From the human T2T-CHM13v2.0 reference genome, Homo sapiens, in NCBI RefSeq assembly GCF_009914755.1, contig NC_060936.1: a stretch of DNA of 64,000 nucleotides. One strand, 5' to 3'. The position numbers were made by a program, and so were the translations under genes. This document shows positions 1 through 17,300 of this stretch, piece after piece (within the stretch, counting starts at the first letter, position 1; every line of letters begins with the position of its first letter). Below the pieces are notes generated by a model, which was not told the DNA's origin, searched no databases, and saw nothing but the letters and a program-made list of their open reading frames with translations.

Positions 1-3000
1 AATACACAAACAGATATTTATGAGTGCTTTGAAGTCTATGGTGGAAAAGGAAATATCTTCACATAAAAACTAGAAGGATGCTTTCTGAGAGAATGCTTTG
101 TAATGTGTGCATTCATCTCACAGAGTTTGACCATTCTTTTGATGGAGCCGTTTGGAACCACTTTTTTTTAGAATCTGCAAAGGGATATTTGGGAGCCCTT
201 TGAGTCTTATGGTGGGAAAGGAAATACGCTCACATAAAAATTAGAAAGGAGATTTCTGAGAAACTGCTTTGTGATATGTGTATTCATCTCACAGAGTTAA
301 AACTTTCTTTTGATGGAATATTTTGGAAACACCGTTTTTGTAGAATCTGCAAATGGATATTTCCAAGCGCTTTCAGGCCCGTGGTGAAAAAGGAAGTATC
401 TTCAACTAAAAACTCGACTGAAACTTTCTGAGAAACTGCTTCATGATGTGTGCATTCCTCTCACAGAATTGAACCATTCTTTTGACTGAGCAGTTTGGAA
501 CCACTGTTTTCCTAGAATCTGCAAAGGGATATTTGTAAGCACTTTGAGGTCTCTGGTGAAAAAGGAAATATCCTCACATAAAAACTAGAAAGGAGCTTTC
601 TTAGAAACTTCTTTGTTATCTATGCATTTATCTCACAGAATTCAACCATTCTTTTGATTGAGCAGTTTGGAAACACAGTGTTTGAAGGATCTGCAAAGGG
701 ATATTTGTATTCACCTTGAGGCCTATAAGGAAAAAGGAAATACCTTCTGATACAAACTAGACAGAAACTTTCTGAGAGATGACTTTGTGATGTGTGCATT
801 CGTCACACGGAGTTAAACATTTCTTTTTATTGAGCATTTTGTAAACTCTTCTAGAATCTGCAAAGGGCTATTTGTTAGTGCATTGAGGCCTACGGTGAAA
901 AAGGAAATATCTTCCGATACAAACTAGAAACAGATTTTCTGAGAAACTGCTTTGTGGTGTGTGCATTTACATCACAAAGTTGAACCATTCTTTTGATTTG
1001 AGCAGTTTGGAAACAGAGTGTTTGTAGAATATGCAAAGGGATATTTGGATTTGCATGGAGACCTGTGTTTAAAAAGGAAATACCTTCCAATACAAGCTAG
1101 ACTGAAGCTTTCTAAGAGAATGTTTTGTAATGTGTACATTCATCCCACAGAGTTAAACTTTTTTTTTTCATTGAGCAGTTTGGAAACTCTGATCTTCCAG
1201 AATCTCCAAAGGGATATTTGGGAGCATATTAAGGCCTATGGTGAAAAAGGAAATGTCTTCCAATACAAACTAGAAAGAGAGTTTCTGAGGAACTGCTTTG
1301 TGATGTGTGCATTCATCTCAAGGAGTTGAACCATTGTTTTGGTTAAGCAGTTTGGAAATACAGTGTTTGTAGAATATGTGAAGGGATATTTGGATTCCCA
1401 TGGAGGCCTGTAGTGAAAAAGGAAATATCTTCTGATACAAGCTAATCAGAAGCTTTCTAAGAGAATGCTTTGTAAAATGTGCATTCATCCAACAGAGTTA
1501 AATGTTTCTTTTCATTGAGCAGTTTGTAAACTCTGTTATTCCAGAATCTCCAAAGGGATATTTGGGAGCGCATTGAGGCCTATGGTGAAAAAGGAAATAT
1601 CTTCTGATACAAACTAGAAAGAGAGTTTCTGAGGAACTTCTTTGTATGTGTGCATTCATCTCAAGGAGTTGAACCATTCTTTTGGTTGAGCAGTTTGGAA
1701 ACACAGTGTTTGTAGAATCTTTGAAGGGATATTTTGATTCGCATGGAGGCCAGTGGTGAAAAAGGAAATATCTTCTGAAACAAACTAGACACAAGATTTC
1801 TGAGAGACTGCTTTGTGATGTGTGCATTCATCTCACAGAGTTGAACCATTCTTTGATGGAGCAGTCTGTTTTTGTAGAATCTGCAAAGCTATATTTTAGA
1901 GCCCTTTGAGTCTTATGGTGAGAAAGGAAATATACTCACATAAAAACTTGAAAGGACCTTGCTGATAAACTTCTTTATGATATGTGCCTTCATCTCAAAG
2001 ATTTAAAACTTTCTTTTGATGGAGCAATTTCGAAACACCTTTTTTGTAGTATCAGCAAAGGGATATTACTGGGCACTTTCTGGCCTATGTTGAAAAAGGA
2101 AATATCTACACCTAAAAAGTTGAAAGAAGTTTTCTGAGAAACTGCTCTGTAATGTGTGCAATCCTCTCAAAGGGTTGAACCATTCTTTTGATTGAGCAGT
2201 TTATACCCTCTGTTTTTCTAGGATCTGCAAATGGATATTTGTGTTTTGAGGTCTATGGTGAAAAAGGAAATCTCCTCACATAAAAACTAGAAAGGAGCTT
2301 TCTTAGAAACTGCTTTGTGATCTGTGAGTTTATCTCACAGAGTTAAATGATTCTTTAAATTGAGCATTTTGGAAACACAGTGTTTGAAGAATCTGCAAAG
2401 GGATATTTGGATTCACCTTGAGGCCTAAGAGGAAAAAGGAAATATCATCTGATACAAAACAGAAGCTTTCTGAGAGACTGCTTTGCTATTTATCCCACAG
2501 AGTTAAATGCTTCTTTTCATTGAGCAGTTTGGAAACTCTGTTCTTCTAGAATCTGCAAAGGGATATTTGGGAGCACATTGAGGCCTAAAGTGAAAAAGAA
2601 AATGTCTTCACATAAAAGCTAAAAAGAAGCTTTCTGAGAATCTGCTTTGAGATGTGTGCGTTCATCTCACAGAGGTAAAAGTTTCTTTTCACTAAGCAGT
2701 GTGGAAACACAGTGTTGGTAGAATCTGTGAAGGCATATTTGGATTCACATGGAGGCCTGTGGTGATAAAGGGAATATATTCTGATACAAACTAGACATTA
2801 ACTTTCTGAGAGACTGCTTTGTGATGTGTGCATTCATCTCACAGAGTTAGACCATTCTTTGATGTAGCAGTTTGGAACCAGTTTTTGTAGAATCTGCAAA
2901 CGGATGTTGGGAGCCCTTTGAGTCTCATGGTGAAAAAGGAAATACCCTGACATAAAAACTAGAAAAGAGATTTCTGAGAAACTGCTTTGTGATATGTGCA

Positions 3001-6000
3001 TTTATCTCCCAGAGTTAAAACTTTCTTTTGATGGAGCATCTTGAAAACACCGTTTTTGTAGTATCTGCCTAGGGATATTTCAGAGTGCTTTCAGGCCTAT
3101 GCTGAAAAAGGAAATATCTTCACCTAAAAACTCAAAGAAAGCATTCTGAGACACTGCTTTGTGATGTGGGCATTGTTCTCACAGAGTTGAGCCAATCTTT
3201 TGATTGAGCAGTTTGGAAACACAGCGTTTTAAGAATCCGCAATGGGATATTTGGATTCACATGAAGACTTGTTTTGTAAAAGTAAATATCTTCCAATATA
3301 AACTACATGGAAGCTTTCTGAGAGAATGCTTTGTAATGTGTGCATTCATCCAGAGAGTTCAAAGTTTCTTTCATTAGCAGTGTGGAAGCACTTCTTCTTC
3401 TAGAATCTGCAAAAGGATATTTGGGAGCCCATTGAGGCCTATGGTGAAAAAGGAAATATCTTATTATGCAAACTAGAAAGAGAGTTTCTGAGAAACTGCT
3501 TTGTGGTGTGTGCATTCATCTCACAGAGTTGAACTATTCGTTTGATGTAGCATTTTGGAACCACTGTTTTTGTAGATTCTGCAAAGGGATAATTGGGAGC
3601 CCATTGAGTCTTATGGTGAAAAAGGAAATATCCTCCTATAAAAACTAGAAAGCAGCTTTCTGAGAAACTGCTTTGTGATATATGCATTCATCTCACAGAA
3701 TTAAAACTTTCTGTTGATGGAGCATTTTGGAAACACCGTTTTTGCAGAATCTGCAAAGGGATTTTTCAGAGCGCTTTCTGGCCTCTGGTGAAAAAGGAAA
3801 TATCTTCACCTAAAAACTCGAAGGAAGCTTTCTGAGAAACTGCTTCATGATGCGTGCATTCCTCTCACAAAGTTGAACCATTCTTTTGACTTAGCAGTGT
3901 AGAACCATTGTTTTTCTAGAATCTGCAGAGGGTTATTTGTGAGCGCTTTGAGGTCTATGGTGAAAAAGGATAAATCCTCACATTAAAACTGGAAAGGAGC
4001 TTTCTTAGAGACTCCTTTGTGTTCTGTGTGTTCATCTCACAGAGTTAAACCATTCTGTTGATTGATCAGTTTGGAAACACAGTGTTTGAAGAATCTGCGA
4101 AGGGATATTTGGATTCACCTTGATGACTATGCAGAAAAAGTAAATATCTTCTGATACAAACTAGACTGAAACAGTCTGAGAGACTGCTTTGTGATGTGTG
4201 CATTCATATCACAGAGTTAAACTTTTCTTTTCATTGAGCAGTTTGGAAACTCTGTTCTTCCAAAAACTGCAAAGGGACATTTGGGAGCAATTTAAGGTTT
4301 ATGGTGTAAAAGGAAATATACTCACATAAAAACTAGAACGGAGCTTTCTTAGAAATTGCTTTGTGATCTGTGTGTTCATCTCACAGACTTAAACCATTCT
4401 TTTGATTGAGCAGTTTGGAAACACAGTGTTTGTAGAATCTGCGAAGGGATATTTCATTTCCCATGGAGGCTTGTAGTCAGAAAGGAAATACTTTCTGATA
4501 CAAACTAGACAGAATCCTTCAGAAAGAATGCTTTGTAATGTGTGCATTCATCTCACAGAGTTAAACATTTCTTTTAATTGAGCAGTTTGGAAACTCAGTT
4601 CTTCTAGAATCTTCAAAGGGATATTTGGGAGTGCACTGAAGCCTCTGGCAAAAAAGGAAATATCATCCGATAGAAACTAGGAAGAGAGTTTCTGAGAAAC
4701 TGCTTTTTGATATATGCATTCATTTCACAGAGTTGAACAATTCTTTTGACTGAGCAGCTTGGAAACACAGTGATTGTAGAACCTGCAAAGGGATATTTGG
4801 ATTCACATGGAGGCCTGTGGTGAAAAAGGAAATGTCTTCTGATACAAACTAGAGAGAAGCTTTCTGAGAGACTACTTTGTGATGTGTGCATTCATATCAC
4901 AGTGTTGAACCATTCTTTTGATGGAGCAGTTTGGAACCACTGTTTTTGTAGACTCTTCAAAGTGATATTTGGGAGCCCTTTGAGTCTTATGGTAAAAAAG
5001 GAAATATCCTCACATAAAAAGAAGAAAGAAGCTTCCTGAGAAAATGCTTTGTGATGTGTGCATTCATCTCACAGAGTTAAAACTTTCTTTTAATGGAACA
5101 CTTTGGAAACCCCATTTTTGTAGAATCTGCAAAGGGATATTTCAGATCGCTTCCAAGCCTATGGAGGAAAAGGAAATATCTTCACTTAAAAAAATCATAG
5201 GAAGCGTTCTGAGAAACTGCTTCAAGATATGTGCATTCCTCTCATAGAGTTGAACCATTCTTTTGATTGAGAAGTTTGGAAACACTGTTTTTCTAGAATC
5301 TGCAAATAGATTTTTGTGAGTGCTTTGAGATCTATGGTGAAAAAGGAAATATCCTCACATAAAAACTAGAAAGGAGCTTTCCTAGAAACTGCTTTGTGAT
5401 CTGTGCATTCATATCACAGAGTTGAAGCATAATTTTGATTGAGCAGTTTGGAAACACAGTGTTTGTAGAATCTGTGAAGGGATATTTGGATTCACCTTGT
5501 GTCCTATGGGGAAAAAGGAAATATCTTCTGATACATACTACAGAGAAGCTTTCTGAGAGACTGCTTTGCAATGCGTGCATTCATCTCAAAGAGTTAAAAG
5601 TTTCTTTTCATTGAGCAGTTTGGAAACTCTGTTCTTCTAGAACCTGTAAAGGGATATTTGGGGGAGCATTGAGGCCTATGGTGAAAAAGAAAATATTTTC
5701 TGATACACACTAGAAAGACAGTTTCTGAGAAACTGCTTTGAGATGTGTGCATTCATCTCACAGAGTTGAATGATAATTTTGATAGAGCAGTTTGGAAACA
5801 CAGTGTTTATAGAATCTGTGAAAGGGTATTTGGATTCGCTTTGAGGGCTATGGGGAAAAAGGAAATATCTTCTGATACAAACTATAGAGAAGATTTCTGA
5901 CAGACTGCTTTGTGATGTGTGCATTCATTTAACAGAGTTAAACATTTCTTTTCTTTGAGCAGTTTAGAAACTCTTTTCTTTTAGAATCTGCAAAGGGATA

Positions 6001-7183
6001 TTTGGGAATGCATTGGGGCCTATGGTGAAAAAAGAAATATCTTCCGATATAAACTAGAAAGAGAGTTTCTGAGAAACTGCTTTGTAATCTGTGTGCTTTT
6101 ATCTCACAGAAATGAACCATTATTTTGATTGAGCAATTTGGAAACACATTATTTGTAAAATCTGCAAAGGGATATTTGGATTCACATAGAGGCCTGCAGT
6201 TGAAAAGGAAATACCTTCCAACACAAACTAGACAGAAGCTTTCTGAGAGACTACTTTGTGATGTGTGCATTCATCTCACAGATTTGAACCATTCTTTTGA
6301 GGGAGCAGTTTTGAACCACTACTTTTGTAGAATCTGCAAAGGGATATTTGGGAGCCCTTTGAGTCTTAGGTTGGAAAAGGAAATATCCTCACATAAAAAC
6401 AAGCAAGGATCTTTCTGAAAAACTGCTTCATGATATGTGCATTCATCTCACAGAGTTGAAACTTTCCTTTCATGGAGCATTTTGTAAACACCGTTTTTGT
6501 AGAATCTGCAAAGCGATATTTTGGAAAGTTTCAGGCGTATGGTCAAAAAGGAAATGTCTTCACCTAAAAACTCGAAGAATGCTTTTTGAGAAACTGCTTT
6601 ATCATGTGTGCATTCCTCTCACGGAGTTGAACCTTTCCTTTAATTGAGCAGTTTAGAACCACTGTTTTTCTAGAATCTGCAAATGGATATTTGTGAGCGT
6701 TTTGAGGTCTATGGTGAAAAAGGAAATATCCTCACATAAAAAGTAGGAAGGAGCTTTCTTAGAAACTGCTTTGTGATCTGTGCATTCATCTCAGAGTTAA
6801 ACCATTCTTTTGATAGAGCAGTTTGGAAAAGAGTGTTTGAAGTATCTGTGAGGGGATATTTCAATTTGCCTTGAGGCCTGTGGGGCAAAAGGAAATATCT
6901 TCTGCTACAAACTGGACAGAAGCTTTCTGAGAAATGGCTGTGCAATGTGTGCATTCACCTCACAGATTTAAACGTTTCTTTTCATTGAGCAGTTCAGAAA
7001 CTCTCTTCTTCTGGAAACTGCAGAGGGATATTTGGAAGTGCATTGAGGCTTATGTTGAAAAAGGAAATATCTTCTGATACATACTGGAAAGAGAGTTTCT
7101 GAGAAACTGCTTTGGGATGTGTGCATTCATCTCACAGAGTTGTACTATTTTTTTTATGGAGCAGTTTGGAGCCACTGTTTTCC
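1..7183 (+). repeat. Divergent alpha-satellite, block A1 (left of L1), relic higher-order structure
   Basis: Tandem ~172 bp units carrying GAAACTGCTTTGTGATGTGTGCATTCATCTCACAGAGTTGAAC, GAGCAGTTTGGAAACAC, TAGAATCTGCAAAGGGATATTTG and the A-box CTATGGTGAAAAAGGAA; markers at 3597 and 4973 are 1376 = 8x172 apart. Confidence 0.98.
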
Positions 7184-7213
7184 TTTTTTTTTTTTTGTTT
7201 TGCCCTGATTATA

Positions 7214-7217
<4 letters not shown>

Positions 7218-7250
<33 letters not shown>
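7218..7250. repeat. (TTA)11 microsatellite derived from the L1 poly(A) tail
   Basis: 33 nt of perfect TTA units directly adjoining the L1 3' end; source of the poly-Tyr in ORF 7117..7587. Confidence 0.95.
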
Positions 7251-7252
<2 letters not shown>

Positions 7253-7451
7253 CTTTAAGTTTTAGGGTACATGTGCACAATATACAGGTTAGTTACATAT
7301 GTATACATGTGTCATGCTGGTGCGCTGCACCCACTAACTCATCCTCTAGCATTAGGTATATCTCCCAATGCTATCCCTCCCCCCTCCCCCTAACCCACAA
7401 CAGTCCCCAGAATGTGATGTTCCCTTTCCTCTGTCCATGTGTTCTCATTGT

Positions 7452-11300
<3,849 letters not shown>

Positions 11301-14300
11301 AAACGGAAATATCTTGTGATACAAACTAGAAAGAGAGTTTCTGAGAAACTGCTCTGTGATGTGTGCATTCATCTTACAGAGTTGAACCTTTATTTTGATT
11401 GAGCAGTTTGGAAACAGTCTTTTTCTAGAATCTGCAAAGGGATATTTGGGAGCGCATTGAGGCCCATGGTGAAAAAGTTAATATCTTCTGATACAAACTC
11501 GAAACAAAGATTCTGAGAAATTGCTTTGTGATGTGTGCATTCATCTCACAGAGTTTAACCATTTTTTAATTGAGCATTTAGGAAACACAGTATCTGTAAA
11601 ATCTGTGAAGGTATATTTAGATTCCCCTTAAGGCCTATGGTGACAAAGGAAATACCTTCTGATTCAAACTAGATAGAAGCTTTCTGAGGATCCACTTTGT
11701 GATGTGGGCATTCCTCTAACAGAGTTGAACCATTATTTTGATTAAGCAGTTTGGAACCACTGTTTTCCTAGAATCTTCAAAGGGATATTTTTGAGTTCTT
11801 TGAGGCCTATGGTGAAAAAGGAAATATTCTCACATAAAAACTAGAAACAAGCTTTCTTGGGAACTGCTTTGTTTAGTGTGTATTCGTCTCACAGCATTAA
11901 ACCTTTCTTTTCATTGAGCAGCTTGGAAACTGTTCTTCTAGAATCTGCAAAGGGATATTTGGGAGCTCATTGAGGCCTATGATGAAAAAGGAAATACATT
12001 CTGATACAAAGTAGAAAGAAAGTTTCTGAGAAATTGCTTTGTGATGTGTGCATTGGTCTCACAGAGTTTAACAAATCTTTTGATTTAGCAGTTTGGAAAC
12101 TGTTTGTAGACTGCAATGGGATATTTGGATTCGCATGAAGCCTTTTTTAACAAAGGAAACATCTTCTGATACAAACTAGACAGAAGCTTTCTGAGGAACT
12201 GCTTTGTGATGTGTGCATTCCTCTCACAGAGATGAAGCTTGCTTTTTATTGAGCAATTTGGAATCACTGTTCTTGTAGAATCTGCAAAGTGATATTTGGG
12301 AGCATTTTGAGGCCTATGTTGAAAAAGGAAATATCTTCACATAAAAACTAGAAAGAACCTTTCTGAGAAAATGCTTTGCGATGTGTGCATTCCTCTAACA
12401 GACTTGAACTGTTCTTTGGAGTGAATAGTTTGGAACCACTGGCTTTCTACAGTCTGAAAAGGAATATTTGTGAGCATTTTGAAGCCTATGCTGAAAAAGG
12501 AAATATCCTCACATAAACACTAGAAAGGAGCTTTCTTAGAAACTGCTTTGTGGTGTGTGCATTCGTTTCACAGAGTTCAACATTTCTCTTCATTGAGCAA
12601 CTTGGAAACTCTATTCTTCTTGAATCTGCAAAGGGATATTTGCAGTGTCTTGAGGCCTATGGCAAAAAAGGAAATACCTTCTGATACAAACTAGAAAGAA
12701 AGTTTCTGAGAAATTGCTTTCTGATACGTGCATTCTTATCACAGAGCTTAACCCCCTTTTTGATTGAGCTGTTTGGAAACACAGTGCTTGTAGAAACTGC
12801 GAACAGGTGTTTAGATTCGCCTTGAGGCCTATGGTGACAAAGGAAATATCTTCTGACACAAACTAGACAGAGGCTTTCTGAGGAACTTCTTTGTGATGTG
12901 TGCAATCCTTTCACAGAGTTGAACTGTTTTTTTGATTGAGCAGTTTGGAAACACTGTTGTTCTAGAATCTGCAAAGGGATATTTGTGAGCACTTTGAGGC
13001 CTATGCTAAAAAAGAATATGTCCTCACATAAAAACCAGAAAGAAGCTTTCTTAGAAACTGCTTTGTGATTGTGCATTCATCTCACAGAGTTAAACATTTC
13101 TTTTCATTGAGCAGTTTGGAATCTCTGTTCTTGTAGAATTTTCAAAGGGATATTTTTGAGGGCTTTGAGGTCAATGGTCAAAAAGGAAATATACTCACAT
13201 AAAAACTAGAAAGGAGCTTTCTTAAAAACTGCTTTGTGACGTGTGCATTCATCTCATGGAGTTAAACTTTTCTTTATGTTGAACAGTTTGGAAACTTTGT
13301 TCTTCTAGAATCTGCAAAGGGATATTTGGAGTGCATTGAGGCCTATGGTGAAAAAGGAAATATCTTCTGATACAAATTAGAAAGAAAGTTGCTGAGAAAT
13401 TGCTTTGTGATGTGGGCATTCATCTCACAGAATTTAGCCATTCTTTTGATTGAGCTCCTTGGAAACACATTGTTTGTAGAATCTGTGAAGGGATATTTGG
13501 ATTCCCCTTGAGGCCAATGGTGACAAAGGAAATATCTTCTGATACAAACTAGACAGAAGGTTTCTGAGGAACTGCTTTGTGATATGTGCATTCCTGTAAC
13601 AGAGTTGAACCATTCTTTTGGTTGAGCAGTTTGGAACCACTGTTTTTCTAGAGTCTGCAAAGGGATATTTTTGAGCGTTTGAGGCCTATGGTGAAAAAGG
13701 AAATATCCTCACATAAAAACTAAAAAGAAGCTTTCTTGGAAACTGCTTTGTTATGTGTGCATTCATCTCACTGCGTTAAACCTTTTTTTTCATTGAGCAG
13801 TTTGGAAACTCTGTACTTCTAGAATCTGCAAATGGATATTTGGGATTGCATTGAGGCCTATGGTGAAAAAGGAAATACATTCTGATAGAAACTAGAAAGA
13901 AAGTTTCTGAGAAATTGCTTTGTGTTGTGTGCATTCATCTCAGAGAGTTTAACCATTCTTTTCATTCAGCAGTTTGGAAACAGTGTTTGTAGAATCTGCG
14001 AAGGGATATTTGGATTCACCTTGAGGCCTTTTTGACAAAAGAAATATCTTCTGATACAAACTAGACAGAAGCTTTCTGAGGAACTGCTTTGTGACGTGTG
14101 CCTTCCTCTCACAGAGGTGAACATTTATTTTGATGGAGCATTTTAAAATCACTCTTCTTGTAGAATCTGCAAAAGGATATTTGGGAGCGTTTTGAGGCCT
14201 ATGTTGAAAACAGAAATATCTTCACATAAAAACTAGAAAGAACTTCTCTGAGAAAATTCTCTGTGATGTGTGCATTCCTGTAACAGAGTTGAACCATTCT

Positions 14301-17300
14301 TTTGATTAAACTGTTTGGAATCACTCTTTTTCTAGAATCCACAAAGGGATATTTGTGAGAGGTTTGAGACTTACGCTGAAAAAGGAAATATCCTCACATA
14401 AAAACTAGAAAGGAAGTTTCTTAGAAACTGCTTTGTGATGTATGCCTTCATCTCACAGAGGTAAACCTTTCTTTTCATTGAGCAGTTTGGAAACTCTGTT
14501 ATTCTAGATTCTACAAAAGGATATTTGGAGCACCTTGAGGCCTATGGCGAAAAAGGAAACATCTTCCAATACAAACTAGAAAGAAAGTTTCTGAGAAATT
14601 GCTTTCTGATGTGTGCACTCATCTCACAGAGTTTAACCACCCTTTTGATTGAGCAGTTTGGAAACACAGTGTTTGTACAACATGCAAAGGGATATTTCGA
14701 TTCCCCTTGAGGCCTATGGTGACAAAAGAAATATTTTCTGTTACAAACTAGACAGAAGGTTTCTGAGGATCCTCTTTGTGATGGGTGCATTCCTCTCACA
14801 GAGTTGAACCATTCTATTGTATGAGCAGTTTGGAACCATTGTTTTTCTAGAATTTTCTGAGGGATATTTGTGAGCGCTTTGAGGCCTATGGGGAAAAGGA
14901 AATATTCTCACATAAAAACTAGAAAGAAGCTTTCTTGGAAACTGCTTTGTGATGTGTGCATTCATCTCAAAGCATTAAACCTTTCTTTTCATTGAGCAGT
15001 TTATAAACTCTGTTCTTCTAGAATCAGCAAAGCGATATTTGGGAGCACATTGAGGCCTATGCTGAAAAAGGAAATACATTCCAATACAAACAAGAAAGAA
15101 AGTTTCTGAGAAATTGCTTTGTGATGTGTGCATTCATCTCACAGAGTTTAACCATTCTTTTGATTTAGCAGTTTGGAAACAGTGGTTGTGGAATCAGCGA
15201 AGGTATATTTGGATTCTCCTTGAGGTCTTTTTTGACGAAGGAAATATCTTCTGATATAAACTAGACAGAAGCTTTCTGAAGAACTGCTTTGTGATGTGTG
15301 CTTTCCTCTCCCAGCGGTGAACCTTTATTTTGATTGAGCAGTTTGGAATCACTGTTCTTGTAGAATCTGCAAAGGTATATTTGGGAGTGTTTTGAGGCCT
15401 GTGTTGAAAAAGGAAATATCTTCACATAAAAACTAGAAAGAACTTTTCTGAGAAATTGCTTTCTGATGTGTACATTCTTCTAACAGAGTTGAAACGTTAT
15501 TTTGATTGAGCAGTTTTGAACTACTGTTTTTCTAGAATCTGCCAAGGGATATTTGTGAGCGCTTTGAGGCATATGGTGAAAAAGGAAATATCCTCACATA
15601 AATACTGAAAAGAGCTTTCTTAGAAACTGCTTTGTGATGTTTCAATTCAACTCACAGAGTTAAACGTTTCTTTTCATTGAGCAGTTTGGAAACTGTTCTA
15701 CTAGAATCTGCAATGGGATATTTGGGAGACCATTGAGGCCTGTGGTGAAAAAGGAAATATCTTCCAATACAAACTAGAAAGAAGTTTTCTGAGAAATTGC
15801 TTTGCTTTGTGTGCATTCATCTCACAGAATTTAACCATTCTTTTGATTGAGCAGTTTGGAAACACTGTGTTTTTTTGAATATGAGAAGGGATATTTGGAT
15901 TCGCCTTGAGGTCTGTTTTGAAAAAGGAAATATCTTCTGATACAAACTAGACAGAAGCATTGTGAGGAACTGTTTTGTTATGTGTGAATTCTTCTCAAGG
16001 AGTTGAAACTTTCTTTTGATTGAGCAGTTTGGAACCACTGTTCTTGTGGAATCTTCAAAGGCATATTTTGGAAAACTTAGAGGCCTATGGTGAAAAACTA
16101 AATATCTTCACATAAAAACTAGAAAGAACCTTTCTGAGAAATTGCTTGGGGATCTGTGCATTCCTCTAACAGACTCGAACCATTCTGTTGATTGAGCAGC
16201 TTGGAACCACTGTTTTTCTAGAATCTGAAAGGGATATTTGTGAGCGCTTTGAGGCCTATGGTGAAAAAGGAAATATCCTCCCATATAAATTAGAAAGGAG
16301 CTCTCTTAGAAACTGCTTTGTGATGTGTGCATTCGTCTCACAGAATTAAACGTTTCTTTTTCATTGAGCAATTTGGAAACTCTCTTCTTCTAGAATCTAC
16401 AATGGGATATGTGTGAGTGCATTGAAGCCTATGGTGAAAAAGGAAATGTTTTTCATCACAAACTAGAAAGAAAGTTTCTGAGAAATTGCTTTGTGATGTG
16501 TGCATTTATCTCACAGAATTTAACCATTTTTTTGATTGAGAAGTTTGGAAAAACAGTGTTTGTAGAATCTGTGAAGGGATATTTGGATTCACCTTGAGGC
16601 CTATAGTGAAAAATGAAATATCTTCTGATACAAATTAGACAGAAGTTTTCTGAGGAACCACTCTTTTTGTAGAATCTGCAAAGGGATATTTGGGAGTGAT
16701 TTGAGGTCTGTGGTAAAAAGGAAATAACCTCACATAAAAACTGAAAGGGGCTTCCTTTGAAACTGCTTTGTGATGTGTCCATTCATCTCACTGAGATAAA
16801 CATTTCTTTTCATTGTGCAGTTTGGAAACTCTGTCCTTCTGGAATTTGCAAAGGGATATTTGGAATGCTTTGAGGCCTATGGTGAAAAAGGAAATATCTT
16901 CCGATACCAACTAGAAAGAAAGTATTTGAGAAATTGTTTTGTGGTGTGTGCATTCATCTGAGAGAGTTGGACCATTCTTTTCATTAAGGAGTTTGGAAAC
17001 ACATTGTTTGTAGAATCTGTGAAGGGATATTTGGATTCACCTTGATGCCTATGGTGACAAAGGAAATATCTTCTGATACAAACTAGACAGAAGCTTTCTG
17101 AGGAACTGCTTTGTGATGTGTGCATTGCTCTCACAGAGTTGAACTGTTATTTCGATTGAGCAGTTTAGAACCACTGTTTTTGTAGAATCTGCAATGGGAT
17201 ATTTGGGAGCACTTTGAGGCCTATGTTGAAAAAGGAAATAATTTCACATAAAAACTAGAAAGAAACTTTCTGAGAAATTGCTTTCTGATGTGTGCATTCC

